From Myxococcota bacterium (GTDB lineage Bacteria; Myxococcota; SpSt-1050), in the NCBI GenBank assembly GCA_049969675.1, contig JBMFOP010000027.1, positions 1 to 33,072 on the forward strand: a stretch of 33,072 bases of DNA, written 5' to 3'. Shown in pieces: positions 19,504 to 28,688 of the stretch. Both the position numbers and the translations under genes were made by a program. The notes beneath the pieces are model-generated. The model was given only the letters and a program-made list of their open reading frames with translations. It ran no database searches and was not told the DNA's origin. Position 1 is the stretch's first letter, and each line of letters starts with the position of its first letter.

Positions 19504-21372
19504 ATGAAATTTTTAATAAATACTTTAACTATTGTCTTTCTTCTCCTATCTGGATGCAGTGGGACTATCTTAATAGATGATGGAGATACGATGCTGTCAG
19601 ATATTTCGCTGACGGATGAGATAAACACAGAACCCGATACAAATTCATCTGATACAGCAATAGACGAGAAGACAGATATATCTCTGGATAACACAAATAT
19701 TGAACTTTGTGATAAGAACGAAGCCTGCAACAATTTATTGACTGAGGAGAGTTTTTGCGAAGGTAGTTGCATATATCAGGAACATAGTTGTAGTTGTAAT
19801 GGAAAGCCATTTAATAATCTATGCTATCTATTTGAGATACCTACAAAACCAGAATATAAAGATTTAATTGACGACATCAGGATAGTTGCACCGGAAATTC
19901 CAGAATATGTATATGAAGGAGTCAGATTTGAGATTGAACTCACGCTCACCAATACCGCAAGTGAAAATAGAACTCTCAATTATGGTTATACAAATCCAGA
20001 GAACTGGGAGATTGAAGCTTTCAACTTTGAACCATCTGGCACACTATACTTTGAGCCCAAAGAGACAAAGAGGTTGAGATTTGATGCAATTGCAATTCAT
20101 CCAGACATATTCATTCCGTACTATACTCCAATAATCACATTCTCATTTAATGATTCAAATTATGAATTGTACTCAAAGATCCTCTTCTCAGAGAAAGAGG
20201 GATATTTGAAATGCGGCACTAAATATTTCCCGTCAAGCTATTGCACATATCAAGACTGTTCCGGATACTCAAACTACAACTCCGCTGTCTGCTGCAATGA
20301 AATATTTTACCCGGGTGCAACCTGCTGCACAGATGAAGACTGTATAGATGGTGTCTGTATAGATGGCAAATGCACATTCAGGGTGCCCGGTATATTCCTC
20401 GCCAATACAACACTTATTCAGAATAACAGGATACTGATAATTCTCTCCGACTTTGATGAATTTGAAGAGAGAGACCTCTGTAAAAACAAATATGATACAT
20501 TAAGAGATGCACTTCAGATAGATGTCATTGAGAATTTTTACAAAAAGATAATTCTTAATCGCACAGATAGAGAAGATATAATTCACTTTAAGTGGGAAGT
20601 TCTCTCCGGATTTAAAAGTGAGAGATTTATAAATAATAATCAGTATGACTTTCAGAGTTTCAAAGATGCCCTTAACAATTATATAAACACAGAACTTGGA
20701 TGCAATATTGACTTTGAGGAATATGATAAATTGATTATTATATCCCCAAAAATTGACCTTATGGGCTTTGGTGGAATGGCTTTTGGCAATGGATTTATTG
20801 GTCAGATACTCTACTCTAATGGCTATTTGACCGCACATGAACTCGCACACTCCTTCGGGGCAACCGACCTCTATCTTGACCTGGGTGGGACTTTTCAATA
20901 CTCACTCTCTCTGATGGGAAATAATCTGGGAGGATATGGCTTCCCTGAAGACAAGGTGATGTGGGGGGAGATTGGACTTTCAGATATAAATCAAAATGGG
21001 ATAATTGACCTATTTGAATTCGCCAGATATCCAGAAAAGATTATTATAGAGAACCTGAAGGCAAACCTCACATACAAAGATTCCATTGAGATATCTTTTG
21101 AGCCGTATCTACTGGAGAATAATCAACTAAAGAGAGGGATATTCTACTCTTATACTATTGAACTGCCCGAATACAATGTAATCAGGGATATATATTACGA
21201 CCCTTTTATTGCATTTGACCAATCTGAGGTAGATTTAAATAAAATAAAGGAACGGGGGAAAATTCTGATAAAGATAGGCACAAAATACAGATACTCAGAT
21301 AAAGATTTCAAAAACAGAAAACTCTCATTTGAAGAGTTATTTGAAGTAGAAGTGGGATGGCTTAAGAGATAG
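19504..21372 (+). CDS. Cys-rich lipoprotein with zinc metallopeptidase domain (M6-like HExxH)
   Basis: Lipobox LSGC (Cys18), Asp/Thr-rich linker, two Cys clusters, Ig-like middle segment, AHELAHSFGATDLY (HELAH at 20836-20850), SLMG Met-turn-like motif, DINQNGIID Ca-loop-like motif; AAGGAG SD. Confidence 0.8.
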   Translation: MKFLINTLTIVFLLLSGCSGTILIDDGDTMLSDISLTDEINTEPDTNSSDTAIDEKTDISLDNTNIELCDKNEACNNLLTEESFCEGSCIYQEHSCSCNGKPFNNLCYLFEIPTKPEYKDLIDDIRIVAPEIPEYVYEGVRFEIELTLTNTASENRTLNYGYTNPENWEIEAFNFEPSGTLYFEPKETKRLRFDAIAIHPDIFIPYYTPIITFSFNDSNYELYSKILFSEKEGYLKCGTKYFPSSYCTYQDCSGYSNYNSAVCCNEIFYPGATCCTDEDCIDGVCIDGKCTFRVPGIFLANTTLIQNNRILIILSDFDEFEERDLCKNKYDTLRDALQIDVIENFYKKIILNRTDREDIIHFKWEVLSGFKSERFINNNQYDFQSFKDALNNYINTELGCNIDFEEYDKLIIISPKIDLMGFGGMAFGNGFIGQILYSNGYLTAHELAHSFGATDLYLDLGGTFQYSLSLMGNNLGGYGFPEDKVMWGEIGLSDINQNGIIDLFEFARYPEKIIIENLKANLTYKDSIEISFEPYLLENNQLKRGIFYSYTIELPEYNVIRDIYYDPFIAFDQSEVDLNKIKERGKILIKIGTKYRYSDKDFKNRKLSFEELFEVEVGWLKR

Positions 21373-21651
21373 ATTAAAATTTGTAGTTTAAGAGAATTAT
21401 GAAATTACATTTATACGATTGTAAGGACTAATGATTATTAGACCCTGCTTTTTATCGAGATTTAAGCTAATCTATTTTTAGATGAAAAAACCTGTTTGGT
21501 TAATTTTTTGATAAGATTTTAAAAAACAGATTTTGGGTTTAACCCTCTAACACCCAACAGGTGATATATAACAATGAAGGGGATTATGTATATAGAGAGA
21601 GTTTCAGATAAAAAAGTTAATCCTTTTTAGATTACCAATGCCCATCAATAC

Positions 21652-21690
21652 AAAAAATCGCCCAATTTATGTATTACATAAATTTTGGGA
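21652..21690 (-). terminator. Probable intrinsic terminator after the outer-membrane protein gene
   Basis: Inverted repeat AATTTATGTA-T-TACATAAATT (21664-21684) closed by CCC/GGG with a bulge, followed on the minus strand by a T run, ~15 nt after the stop at 21705. Confidence 0.55.
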
Positions 21691-21704
21691 TGTTACAGAA
21701 ATTT

Positions 21705-22490
21705 CTAAAAGTTGTAGAATAGATAGAGTGCGGCACCGGGGAACATATGAAAATTTGATTCTTCACTATCAGTAATATAGATCCCGATAGGATATATCTC
21801 GCAACCTAAAGAGAGAGAATCCACAACAGCATTTCCCAACGCGAGTTCACCACCTACACCAATGGCAAATGAAATTGTATTATCAGCCTTCCATCTCTTT
21901 GGAGGTTCCATACCTGTATAATATGTAGCATCATAATCATTCTCCTTATATCTCTCACCATAAAGTCCAATCGCTAATGAACCAAACGCCCTTTTATCTT
22001 TGGACTTTGAGAGTTCCCTTTGAACCTCACCACCAACTGCATAATAAAAAGACTCTCCCTCGGATGCCACCCCTCCAGTTATCTGAAATAAGATTGGCAA
22101 AGGCAAATGATATCTATAAGAAAGACCTATCCCGGAATGACTGGAGGCATTGAGTCCGAATGAATTATACTTCATATATTCAAAGTCCGATGACCTCTTC
22201 TGCTCAGACTTTTTATCTTCATTCAACTTTTTACCTTCAGCCTCCCCCTCTTGCTGGTTCTCAATTTTTTTATCATCTCCTTTATTTGCCTCGTTCTGAG
22301 GATTCTGAGATATATCGGATGGACTCTTATTCTCAACAGGGGGTGAGACCTTATTTACAACCTCCCCTTCTATTACTCTACCACTTTTTGACTCTTCAGA
22401 TGTTTGTGATGGCTTCTCGTCTCCATAAGCCAGAATGATGCCAGTAAGACATATCATAACAAAAGTGATAAAAATGGAAAAAATTCTCAT
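21705..22490 (-). CDS. Putative small beta-barrel outer-membrane protein with a charged, disordered N-terminal linker
   Basis: GGAGGT SD before ATG 22490 (MRIFSIF...), signal peptide, E/K/S/N-rich linker, alternating amphipathic strands (GIGLSYRY, FAIGVGGEL), C-terminal LYLFYNF beta-signal. Confidence 0.7.
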   Translation of the reverse strand: MRIFSIFITFVMICLTGIILAYGDEKPSQTSEESKSGRVIEGEVVNKVSPPVENKSPSDISQNPQNEANKGDDKKIENQQEGEAEGKKLNEDKKSEQKRSSDFEYMKYNSFGLNASSHSGIGLSYRYHLPLPILFQITGGVASEGESFYYAVGGEVQRELSKSKDKRAFGSLAIGLYGERYKENDYDATYYTGMEPPKRWKADNTISFAIGVGGELALGNAVVDSLSLGCEIYPIGIYITDSEESNFHMFPGAALYLFYNF

Positions 22491-22676
22491 ACCATACACC
22501 TCCATTAATAGAAAGGTTTTTACCACCTATCAAAATCAAAATCAAGTTCAAATAATTATTTTTTTACACCAAATCCTGAATATAAATAAAATTTCTTGAC
22601 TATTTGCGTCAAGTTTCATAAGTAGAGTTCGGCGTTTTGGATGAACATTTTATAACTGTTTGAAAGGAGTGCTAAT

Positions 22677-25121
22677 ATGAAAGAGAAGATTACAGGTATC
22701 ATCAAGGGCATTACAAAACCCACATTTACACTTTCACTGCTGACACTGCTATTGATTTTAGTGCCAGCTGCATCTGGAAGTGAGGCGGAGTTAAAACTCC
22801 CCAATCTATATGACCCATCTGTGGCATCCTTCTTTGGAATGCCCGGCTCCACCCTGCTCTGGATCGGTTTTGTGATATGCCTACTTGGAATGGCATTTGG
22901 ACTCTTCCAGTTTATGCAGATTAGAAAACTTCCAGTCCACAAGGCGATGCTTGAGATTTCAGAGTTGATATATGAGACCTGCAAGACATACCTCATCACT
23001 CAGGGGAAGTTCCTTGCAATCCTCTGGGCATTTGTGGCAGTCATTATCGTGGTCTATTTTGGAGCCCTCACACATACACCAGCCTTTCAGGTAGTAATCA
23101 TTGTCCTCTTCTCAATCATTGGAATTCTTGGCTCATACTCAGTGGCGTGGTTTGGGATGAGAATAAACACCTTCGCAAATTCTCGAACTGCCTTCGCAAG
23201 TCTTAAAGGGAAGCCATATCCAGTATATGAAATACCTGCAAAGTCCGGAATAAGCATCGGGATGCTCCTTATCTCTGTAGAACTCGTAATTATGCTCTTC
23301 ATTATGCTTGTAATACCCGGCGATTTTGCCGGTCCCTGCTTTATTGGATTTGCAATTGGCGAATCGTTGGGCGCCGCCGCACTCAGAATCGCTGGTGGTA
23401 TATTTACGAAGATTGCAGATATAGGTTCAGACTTGATGAAGATAGTCTTCAAGATCAAAGAGGACGATGCAAGAAATCCCGGTGTCATCGCTGACTGCAC
23501 TGGAGACAATGCCGGAGATTCAGTAGGTCCCACAGCAGATGGTTTTGAGACATACGGTGTAACTGGAGTTGCACTCATCACCTTTATACTCCTCGCAATC
23601 ACAGACCCTTCAGTTCAGGTACAACTCCTAACATGGATATTCATAATGCGTGTTGGAATGATTATCACGAGCGCGCTTGCATACTGGATCAATGGAGCCA
23701 TTTCAAAAGCCAGATATAACAATGTTGATAAACTCAACTTTGAGACCCCTCTCACCACACTGGTATGGCTCACATCACTTCTATCCATCGCAATGACATA
23801 TCTACTGTCAATCCTCCTCATTCCAGAGTTAAAAGGCGATGGCACAATCTGGTGGAAGCTCTCTACAATAATCACCTGTGGGACAGTCGCCGGCGCACTC
23901 ATCCCCGAATTTGTGAAAGTATTTACCTCTACCAATAGCAGACATGTGAGAGAGGTTCTGAATGCCTCCAAAGAAGGGGGTGCGTCACTAAATATTCTGA
24001 GCGGCTTTATAGCCGGCAATTTCTCAGCCTTCTGGCTTGGACTCGTCATCATCGTACTGATGAGTATTGCCTATGCCATTTCAACAAGCGGACTTTCTGA
24101 GATTATGAATTATCCAGCCGTCTTTGCATTCGGGCTTGTGGCATTTGGATTCCTTGGAATGGGACCGGTTACAATAGCAGTTGATTCATATGGGCCGGTC
24201 ACAGACAATGCACAGTCAGTTTATGAACTCTCAATGATTGAGACAATTCCAGATATCAAGGATGACATAAAAAATACATTTGGATTTGAACCAAACTTTG
24301 AAAAGGGTAAGGAGTATCTTGAAGAGAACGACGGGGCAGGAAATACATTTAAGGCTACAGCAAAACCGGTGCTCATCGGCACTGCAGTAGTTGGAGCCAC
24401 CACACTTATATTCTCAATTATTCAGGTCTTAAAAGGTATGTTTGGTGAGTCGTCTGTCTTTGAAGGGCTCTCAATACTCAATCCACTCTTCTTACTCGGA
24501 CTGATTACAGGTGGAGCGGTGATTTACTGGTTTACAGGTGCTGCCACTCAGGCGGTCTCAACCGGTGCCTACAGGGCTGTTGAATTCATTAAGAAGAACA
24601 TCAAACTTGATAATACTCTGGAACGTGCAAGTATCTCTGACTCTAAAAAGGTTGTTGAGATATGCACCACCTACGCCCAGAAAGGAATGTTCAACATCTT
24701 CCTTGCTGTCTTCTTTGCTACACTCGCATTTGCCTGCCTCAATCACTACTACTTCATTGGTTATCTAATCTCAATTGCCACTTTTGGACTCTTTCAGGCA
24801 ATATTTATGGCGAATGCTGGCGGTGCATGGGATAACGCCAAGAAGCTCGTTGAGACAGAGCTCAATGCAAAAGGGACAGATCTACACGCGGCTACAGTTG
24901 TGGGAGATACAGTTGGCGACCCATTCAAGGATACATCGTCTGTGGCAATGAACCCCGTCATCAAATTCACCACACTCTTTGGACTGCTGGCTGTTGAACT
25001 TGCTATAACCATACCAGAAGATATCATAATTGTTAAATATATATTCTCAGCAGTATTCTTCATAATTGCTCTTACATTCATTTACAGGTCTTTCTACAAA
25101 ATGAGAATTAAAGAAGATTAA
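22677..25121 (+). CDS. hppA: Membrane-integral H+-translocating pyrophosphatase, K+-independent type, divergent clade
   Basis: GGIFTKIADIGSDL, EDDARNPGVIADCTGDNAGD, DSYGPVTDNA, GNTFKA (Lys at the K+-dependence position), GGAWDNAKK, GDTVGDPFKDTS; AAGGAG SD. Confidence 0.95.
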   Translation: MKEKITGIIKGITKPTFTLSLLTLLLILVPAASGSEAELKLPNLYDPSVASFFGMPGSTLLWIGFVICLLGMAFGLFQFMQIRKLPVHKAMLEISELIYETCKTYLITQGKFLAILWAFVAVIIVVYFGALTHTPAFQVVIIVLFSIIGILGSYSVAWFGMRINTFANSRTAFASLKGKPYPVYEIPAKSGISIGMLLISVELVIMLFIMLVIPGDFAGPCFIGFAIGESLGAAALRIAGGIFTKIADIGSDLMKIVFKIKEDDARNPGVIADCTGDNAGDSVGPTADGFETYGVTGVALITFILLAITDPSVQVQLLTWIFIMRVGMIITSALAYWINGAISKARYNNVDKLNFETPLTTLVWLTSLLSIAMTYLLSILLIPELKGDGTIWWKLSTIITCGTVAGALIPEFVKVFTSTNSRHVREVLNASKEGGASLNILSGFIAGNFSAFWLGLVIIVLMSIAYAISTSGLSEIMNYPAVFAFGLVAFGFLGMGPVTIAVDSYGPVTDNAQSVYELSMIETIPDIKDDIKNTFGFEPNFEKGKEYLEENDGAGNTFKATAKPVLIGTAVVGATTLIFSIIQVLKGMFGESSVFEGLSILNPLFLLGLITGGAVIYWFTGAATQAVSTGAYRAVEFIKKNIKLDNTLERASISDSKKVVEICTTYAQKGMFNIFLAVFFATLAFACLNHYYFIGYLISIATFGLFQAIFMANAGGAWDNAKKLVETELNAKGTDLHAATVVGDTVGDPFKDTSSVAMNPVIKFTTLFGLLAVELAITIPEDIIIVKYIFSAVFFIIALTFIYRSFYKMRIKED

Positions 25122-25141
25122 TTTATATCAGACCCTCTTTT

Positions 25142-25180
25142 AGCAGGAATGTCCGAGGAAGGGTATTCCTGCTTTTTTAT
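25142..25180 (+). terminator. Intrinsic terminator of hppA
   Basis: AGCAGGAAT (25142-25150) pairs with ATTCCTGCT (25165-25173), extendable with G-U pairs, followed by a T run. Confidence 0.8.
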
Positions 25181-25192
25181 TTCTATTTGATT

Positions 25193-25221
25193 TTGACTAT
25201 ATGCATAAAAGATGCTATTAC
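25193..25221 (+). promoter_or_regulatory. Putative sigma70-type promoter for the ZnR-TPR / rsmI / Kelch unit
   Basis: TTGACT (25193-25198) N17 TATTAC with a TGn extension, directly after the hppA terminator and ~30 nt before ATG 25251. Confidence 0.5.
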
Positions 25222-25250
25222 AATAGCCAACAGTCTTATGGAGATATACA

Positions 25251-28200
25251 ATGAAAGTAAAGTGTACAAAGTGCAATACAGAATACAATATTGACGCCTC
25301 CCGAATTGGCCCCAATGGAATAAAGATAAAATGTCCAAAATGCCTGAACTCATTTCTCGTAAAACAGAATGGAGGTATAGCCGATAGCACTGCGGCCCCC
25401 ACCCCTCCTCCACCACCAAAGGAGGCGACGACTGAAAAGAAGTCAGCAGTAGCAACTAAATCCCCGGAGGCAAAACCCAAAGAGACGCCAAAGATACCGC
25501 CACCTCCACCGATTGAGGAGCCATCAGAAAATGGGACACAGAAAAGTAATATTTCAATAGACAATTTACCGGATTTACCAGATTTACCGGATCTACCAGA
25601 AATTGGCACAGATACAGGTGATCTACTTAGCACATTGGACAAAGAACTCGGGACATCTGCCCCACAATCGTCAACTATTACACACACTCCACAGAGCCAG
25701 AAGGCTGAAGATACATCATCCGGATTGGATTTTGGTATGATAAATCTGGATGATGCTATTGCAAGCTCAATAAGCCAGCCTTCTCAGGATAAAGAAAAAC
25801 CAAAAGCAGAGCCGATTAATGTTACAGAGGTAAAAAGGGATATACCTCAAACAGATACAGCAACACAACACCCTGAACAATCCACGGCTAAGAAGTATAA
25901 AGTCAAGCGGAGGTCCGGAAAGATCTTCGGACCTTTTGATGAAGAGACCATAGTAAGGATGTTAATTGAAAATAAATTGTTGGGCAATGAGGAGGTATGT
26001 GAGGACGGTGTAACCTGGCAATCTATCTCAAAAATTCCTCAATTTCAAAAAGCCATTCAGAGTATGCTTGAAAACATCTCTCATACCCCGCAGAAACAAC
26101 TTTCACAAAGCCAGCCAGCAGAAAAGGTGAAAACTGAAGATAAAAGGGAAGACAAGAAGAAAGTAGATGTAAAAAAGGAGGGTACCAAAGAACCGACAAA
26201 ATTTGACGAGTTTAAGACTACAACTCTTGAAAAACTCAGAGAATTAAAAGAGAGATATTCAACACTCCCAAAGAATGTCAAAAAGGGAGTCATTGCAGGT
26301 ACCATTTTAGTTGTAGTTCTACTGCTCGGATTGACTGGCTATAAAGTCTATACAAAGATCTTTGGGGGGAGGCTCAGCGGGACTGAACTACAGATAGTCA
26401 ATACAGCAATAAATAGCCTCAACTCAGGTAATTATGCAGATATTCAATCCAGTACAAACGCCTTGAAGGGTTTATATGCAAAAATCAGATACAAGACCCC
26501 TGTCTGTTCAGTATTATCCAGAATATTTATGTATCAGAGGACATTTTTAAGTATAGAGAAGGAAAATGAAGAGCTTCTTTCAAGATGTATAAAAGATATC
26601 AGAAAAGAGAGGCTTAATACCCCTGATTCCTTATTTGCGCTCGGCATATATCTTGCTGCGGCACAGGACATCATTAACCTCAAAGAGGTATATCAATCAC
26701 TAAATTCCTCCCCACACTACCAGAGTTATATAAATGCGATTAAAAATCTTTACAGTAAAAATAATGTGCAGGCTATTGCAGATTTTGAGAATTACCTGAA
26801 GGTAGCGACTCAGGATTCTCTCACAATGGAGATTTTAGGAGAGGTCTATCTAAATCAAAGCAACAAGGATGCTGCACGCCAGTGGTTTAAAAAGGCAATA
26901 GATACGAATCCCAAAAACCTCAGAGCCGCCATTGAATTACAAAGATTGAAATTTATAGATGGGGAGGACCAGAAAGCCTCTATCTCCATAGTTGAGAATA
27001 TAATAAATTCAAATACCTCTCTTCACCCGCTTGAACTGGCACGGGCTGAATTTGTTCTTGCACAGATATACTTCTCCATAAGGAAGAACGAAGAGGCGGA
27101 TAGATATTTTAAGTCATCTATTTCACACTCGGGTGGAAAGATAGAATATAAAATAGCATATGCAGAATATCTCTACCATATTGAAGAACTGGATAAGAGT
27201 TTTGATGAATTTAATAATGTAATAAAACAGGATCCATCAAACCTGAATGCAAAGCTCGGTCTTGTAAAGATAATGATAAAGCAGAGAAAGATTCTGAATG
27301 CACATAAGACTATTATGGAGTTATATTCACAAAATGCATCAAATCCGTTTGTCCTGTTATATAAGGGTAAAATTGAAGAGGAGCTTGAGAAGTTTAAGGA
27401 GGCAGAGGAATCATATAACCAGATACTTTCTACAAATAAGGACTTTGTAGAGGCAAGGCTTGCCCTTGCAAACCTGAATATCAAACAGAATAAAATTGAG
27501 GAGGGACTCGTTCTACTTGAAGCCCTCAAGAAAGAGCATCCACAAAACACTAATATACTCAGTATGATGGGAGAGACCTATCTGAAGCTCAAGAAGATTG
27601 ACCCTGCTATTGAGAATCTGAGACACTTACTTGAAATTGACAACTACAATACCCATGCAAGATTTCTGCTCGCAAAGGCTTATATCGAAAAACAGGAATA
27701 TGAAGAGGCACTCAAACATCTTGAAGTTGTAAAGTTGCAAATAAGTAAGACACCAGAACTCAGATTCTATTTTGGTAAAGCGTATTTTGGTCTCAAGAAA
27801 TATCCAGAGGCAATAAACAACCTTGAAGAGGAGATGAAATTAAATAGACAATCCATTGAGACAATGATTCTACTCGGCAAGGCATACAGTATGAATAACG
27901 ACCATCAGAAAGCAATAGAAATACTCAACAATGCAATAACTCTGGAGAGCGGAAATGCAATTGCCTATTTTGAGCTCGGGATGGCATATCTCAGAAAGGG
28001 AGATAGATCAGGTGCGGTTGAGGCATTCAAACAGGCAACCAATAAGGCAAAGGATAATCTGGAATTTAGATTTGTCTTTGGGAAGACAATGATTGAAAAC
28101 AATATGTTTAATGAAGGAATAGAAGAGCTCAAGAATGTGGTCAAAAAGGCACCCGACAATACCGAATATAGATTTAATCTTGCAATGGGCTACTACCTAT

Positions 28201-28688
28201 CAAAAAATTACAAAGCAGCAATTACAGAATTCAGCAAAGTAGTTTCACAGAACCCGGATAACGAATCTGCAATATTTTTTATAGGAAAATCATATCAGGC
28301 AAAGAGAGAGTATGATAAGGCATTAAAGGCATTTAATGACTGTATTAAAATAAATAAAAATAACGATAAGGCTTTTTATGAAATTGCAAGAACATATGAA
28401 CTAATGGAGAAGTATGACCAGTCCATTGAGTACTATCAGAAGACAATTGAGAAGAATCCCACTTTATCTATGGCTTATTATCGTTTAGGTTATATTTACA
28501 AAGGGAAGAATAATTTTAAAAAGGCTATCTCCTTCTTTGAACAATTTTTGAAGATCGCCCCTGAGGATGACCTCGCTCAGGAAGTAAAAGACGAGATTTT
28601 TGACCTCAAAGAGGCAATAAAAGATACAGAAGAGGAAGAGAAGGAGAAGGTGGAACAGAAGAAGAAGGCACAGGAAGAAGAGGAGTAA
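25251..28688 (+). CDS. Zinc-ribbon (MJ0042-type) + GYF-like + TM + multi-TPR protein
   Basis: CTKC...CPKC ribbon, Pro-rich linker, YKVKRRSGKIFGPF...W GYF_2-like segment (from aa ~216), TM at aa ~346-364, long array of TPR repeats, acidic C-tail. Confidence 0.9.
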   Translation: MKVKCTKCNTEYNIDASRIGPNGIKIKCPKCLNSFLVKQNGGIADSTAAPTPPPPPKEATTEKKSAVATKSPEAKPKETPKIPPPPPIEEPSENGTQKSNISIDNLPDLPDLPDLPEIGTDTGDLLSTLDKELGTSAPQSSTITHTPQSQKAEDTSSGLDFGMINLDDAIASSISQPSQDKEKPKAEPINVTEVKRDIPQTDTATQHPEQSTAKKYKVKRRSGKIFGPFDEETIVRMLIENKLLGNEEVCEDGVTWQSISKIPQFQKAIQSMLENISHTPQKQLSQSQPAEKVKTEDKREDKKKVDVKKEGTKEPTKFDEFKTTTLEKLRELKERYSTLPKNVKKGVIAGTILVVVLLLGLTGYKVYTKIFGGRLSGTELQIVNTAINSLNSGNYADIQSSTNALKGLYAKIRYKTPVCSVLSRIFMYQRTFLSIEKENEELLSRCIKDIRKERLNTPDSLFALGIYLAAAQDIINLKEVYQSLNSSPHYQSYINAIKNLYSKNNVQAIADFENYLKVATQDSLTMEILGEVYLNQSNKDAARQWFKKAIDTNPKNLRAAIELQRLKFIDGEDQKASISIVENIINSNTSLHPLELARAEFVLAQIYFSIRKNEEADRYFKSSISHSGGKIEYKIAYAEYLYHIEELDKSFDEFNNVIKQDPSNLNAKLGLVKIMIKQRKILNAHKTIMELYSQNASNPFVLLYKGKIEEELEKFKEAEESYNQILSTNKDFVEARLALANLNIKQNKIEEGLVLLEALKKEHPQNTNILSMMGETYLKLKKIDPAIENLRHLLEIDNYNTHARFLLAKAYIEKQEYEEALKHLEVVKLQISKTPELRFYFGKAYFGLKKYPEAINNLEEEMKLNRQSIETMILLGKAYSMNNDHQKAIEILNNAITLESGNAIAYFELGMAYLRKGDRSGAVEAFKQATNKAKDNLEFRFVFGKTMIENNMFNEGIEELKNVVKKAPDNTEYRFNLAMGYYLSKNYKAAITEFSKVVSQNPDNESAIFFIGKSYQAKREYDKALKAFNDCIKINKNNDKAFYEIARTYELMEKYDQSIEYYQKTIEKNPTLSMAYYRLGYIYKGKNNFKKAISFFEQFLKIAPEDDLAQEVKDEIFDLKEAIKDTEEEEKEKVEQKKKAQEEEE
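25563..25598 (+). repeat. 9-nt tandem repeat x4 encoding NLP-DLP-DLP-DLP
   Basis: aatttaccg gatttacca gatttaccg gatctacca within the linker of the TPR protein. Confidence 0.85.

Noticed and set aside
21373..21650. Small ORFs or ncRNA in the AT-rich gap after the peptidase gene
   Set aside because: The frames I read are under 20 codons, with no convincing SD or stable structure.
22614..22676. Ion-sensing riboswitch in the hppA leader
   Set aside because: Short leader with only a weak GTTC/GAAC pairing; no riboswitch consensus recognised.
22677..25121. Recent horizontal transfer of hppA suggested by apparently higher GC
   Set aside because: Explainable by Gly/Ala-rich composition and expression-linked codon bias; no mobility genes or flanking repeats, and not quantifiable by eye.
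25118..25687. 189-aa minus-strand ORF with Gly runs
   Set aside because: Antisense reading of the Pro-rich linker of the TPR protein; it also crosses the terminator and promoter.
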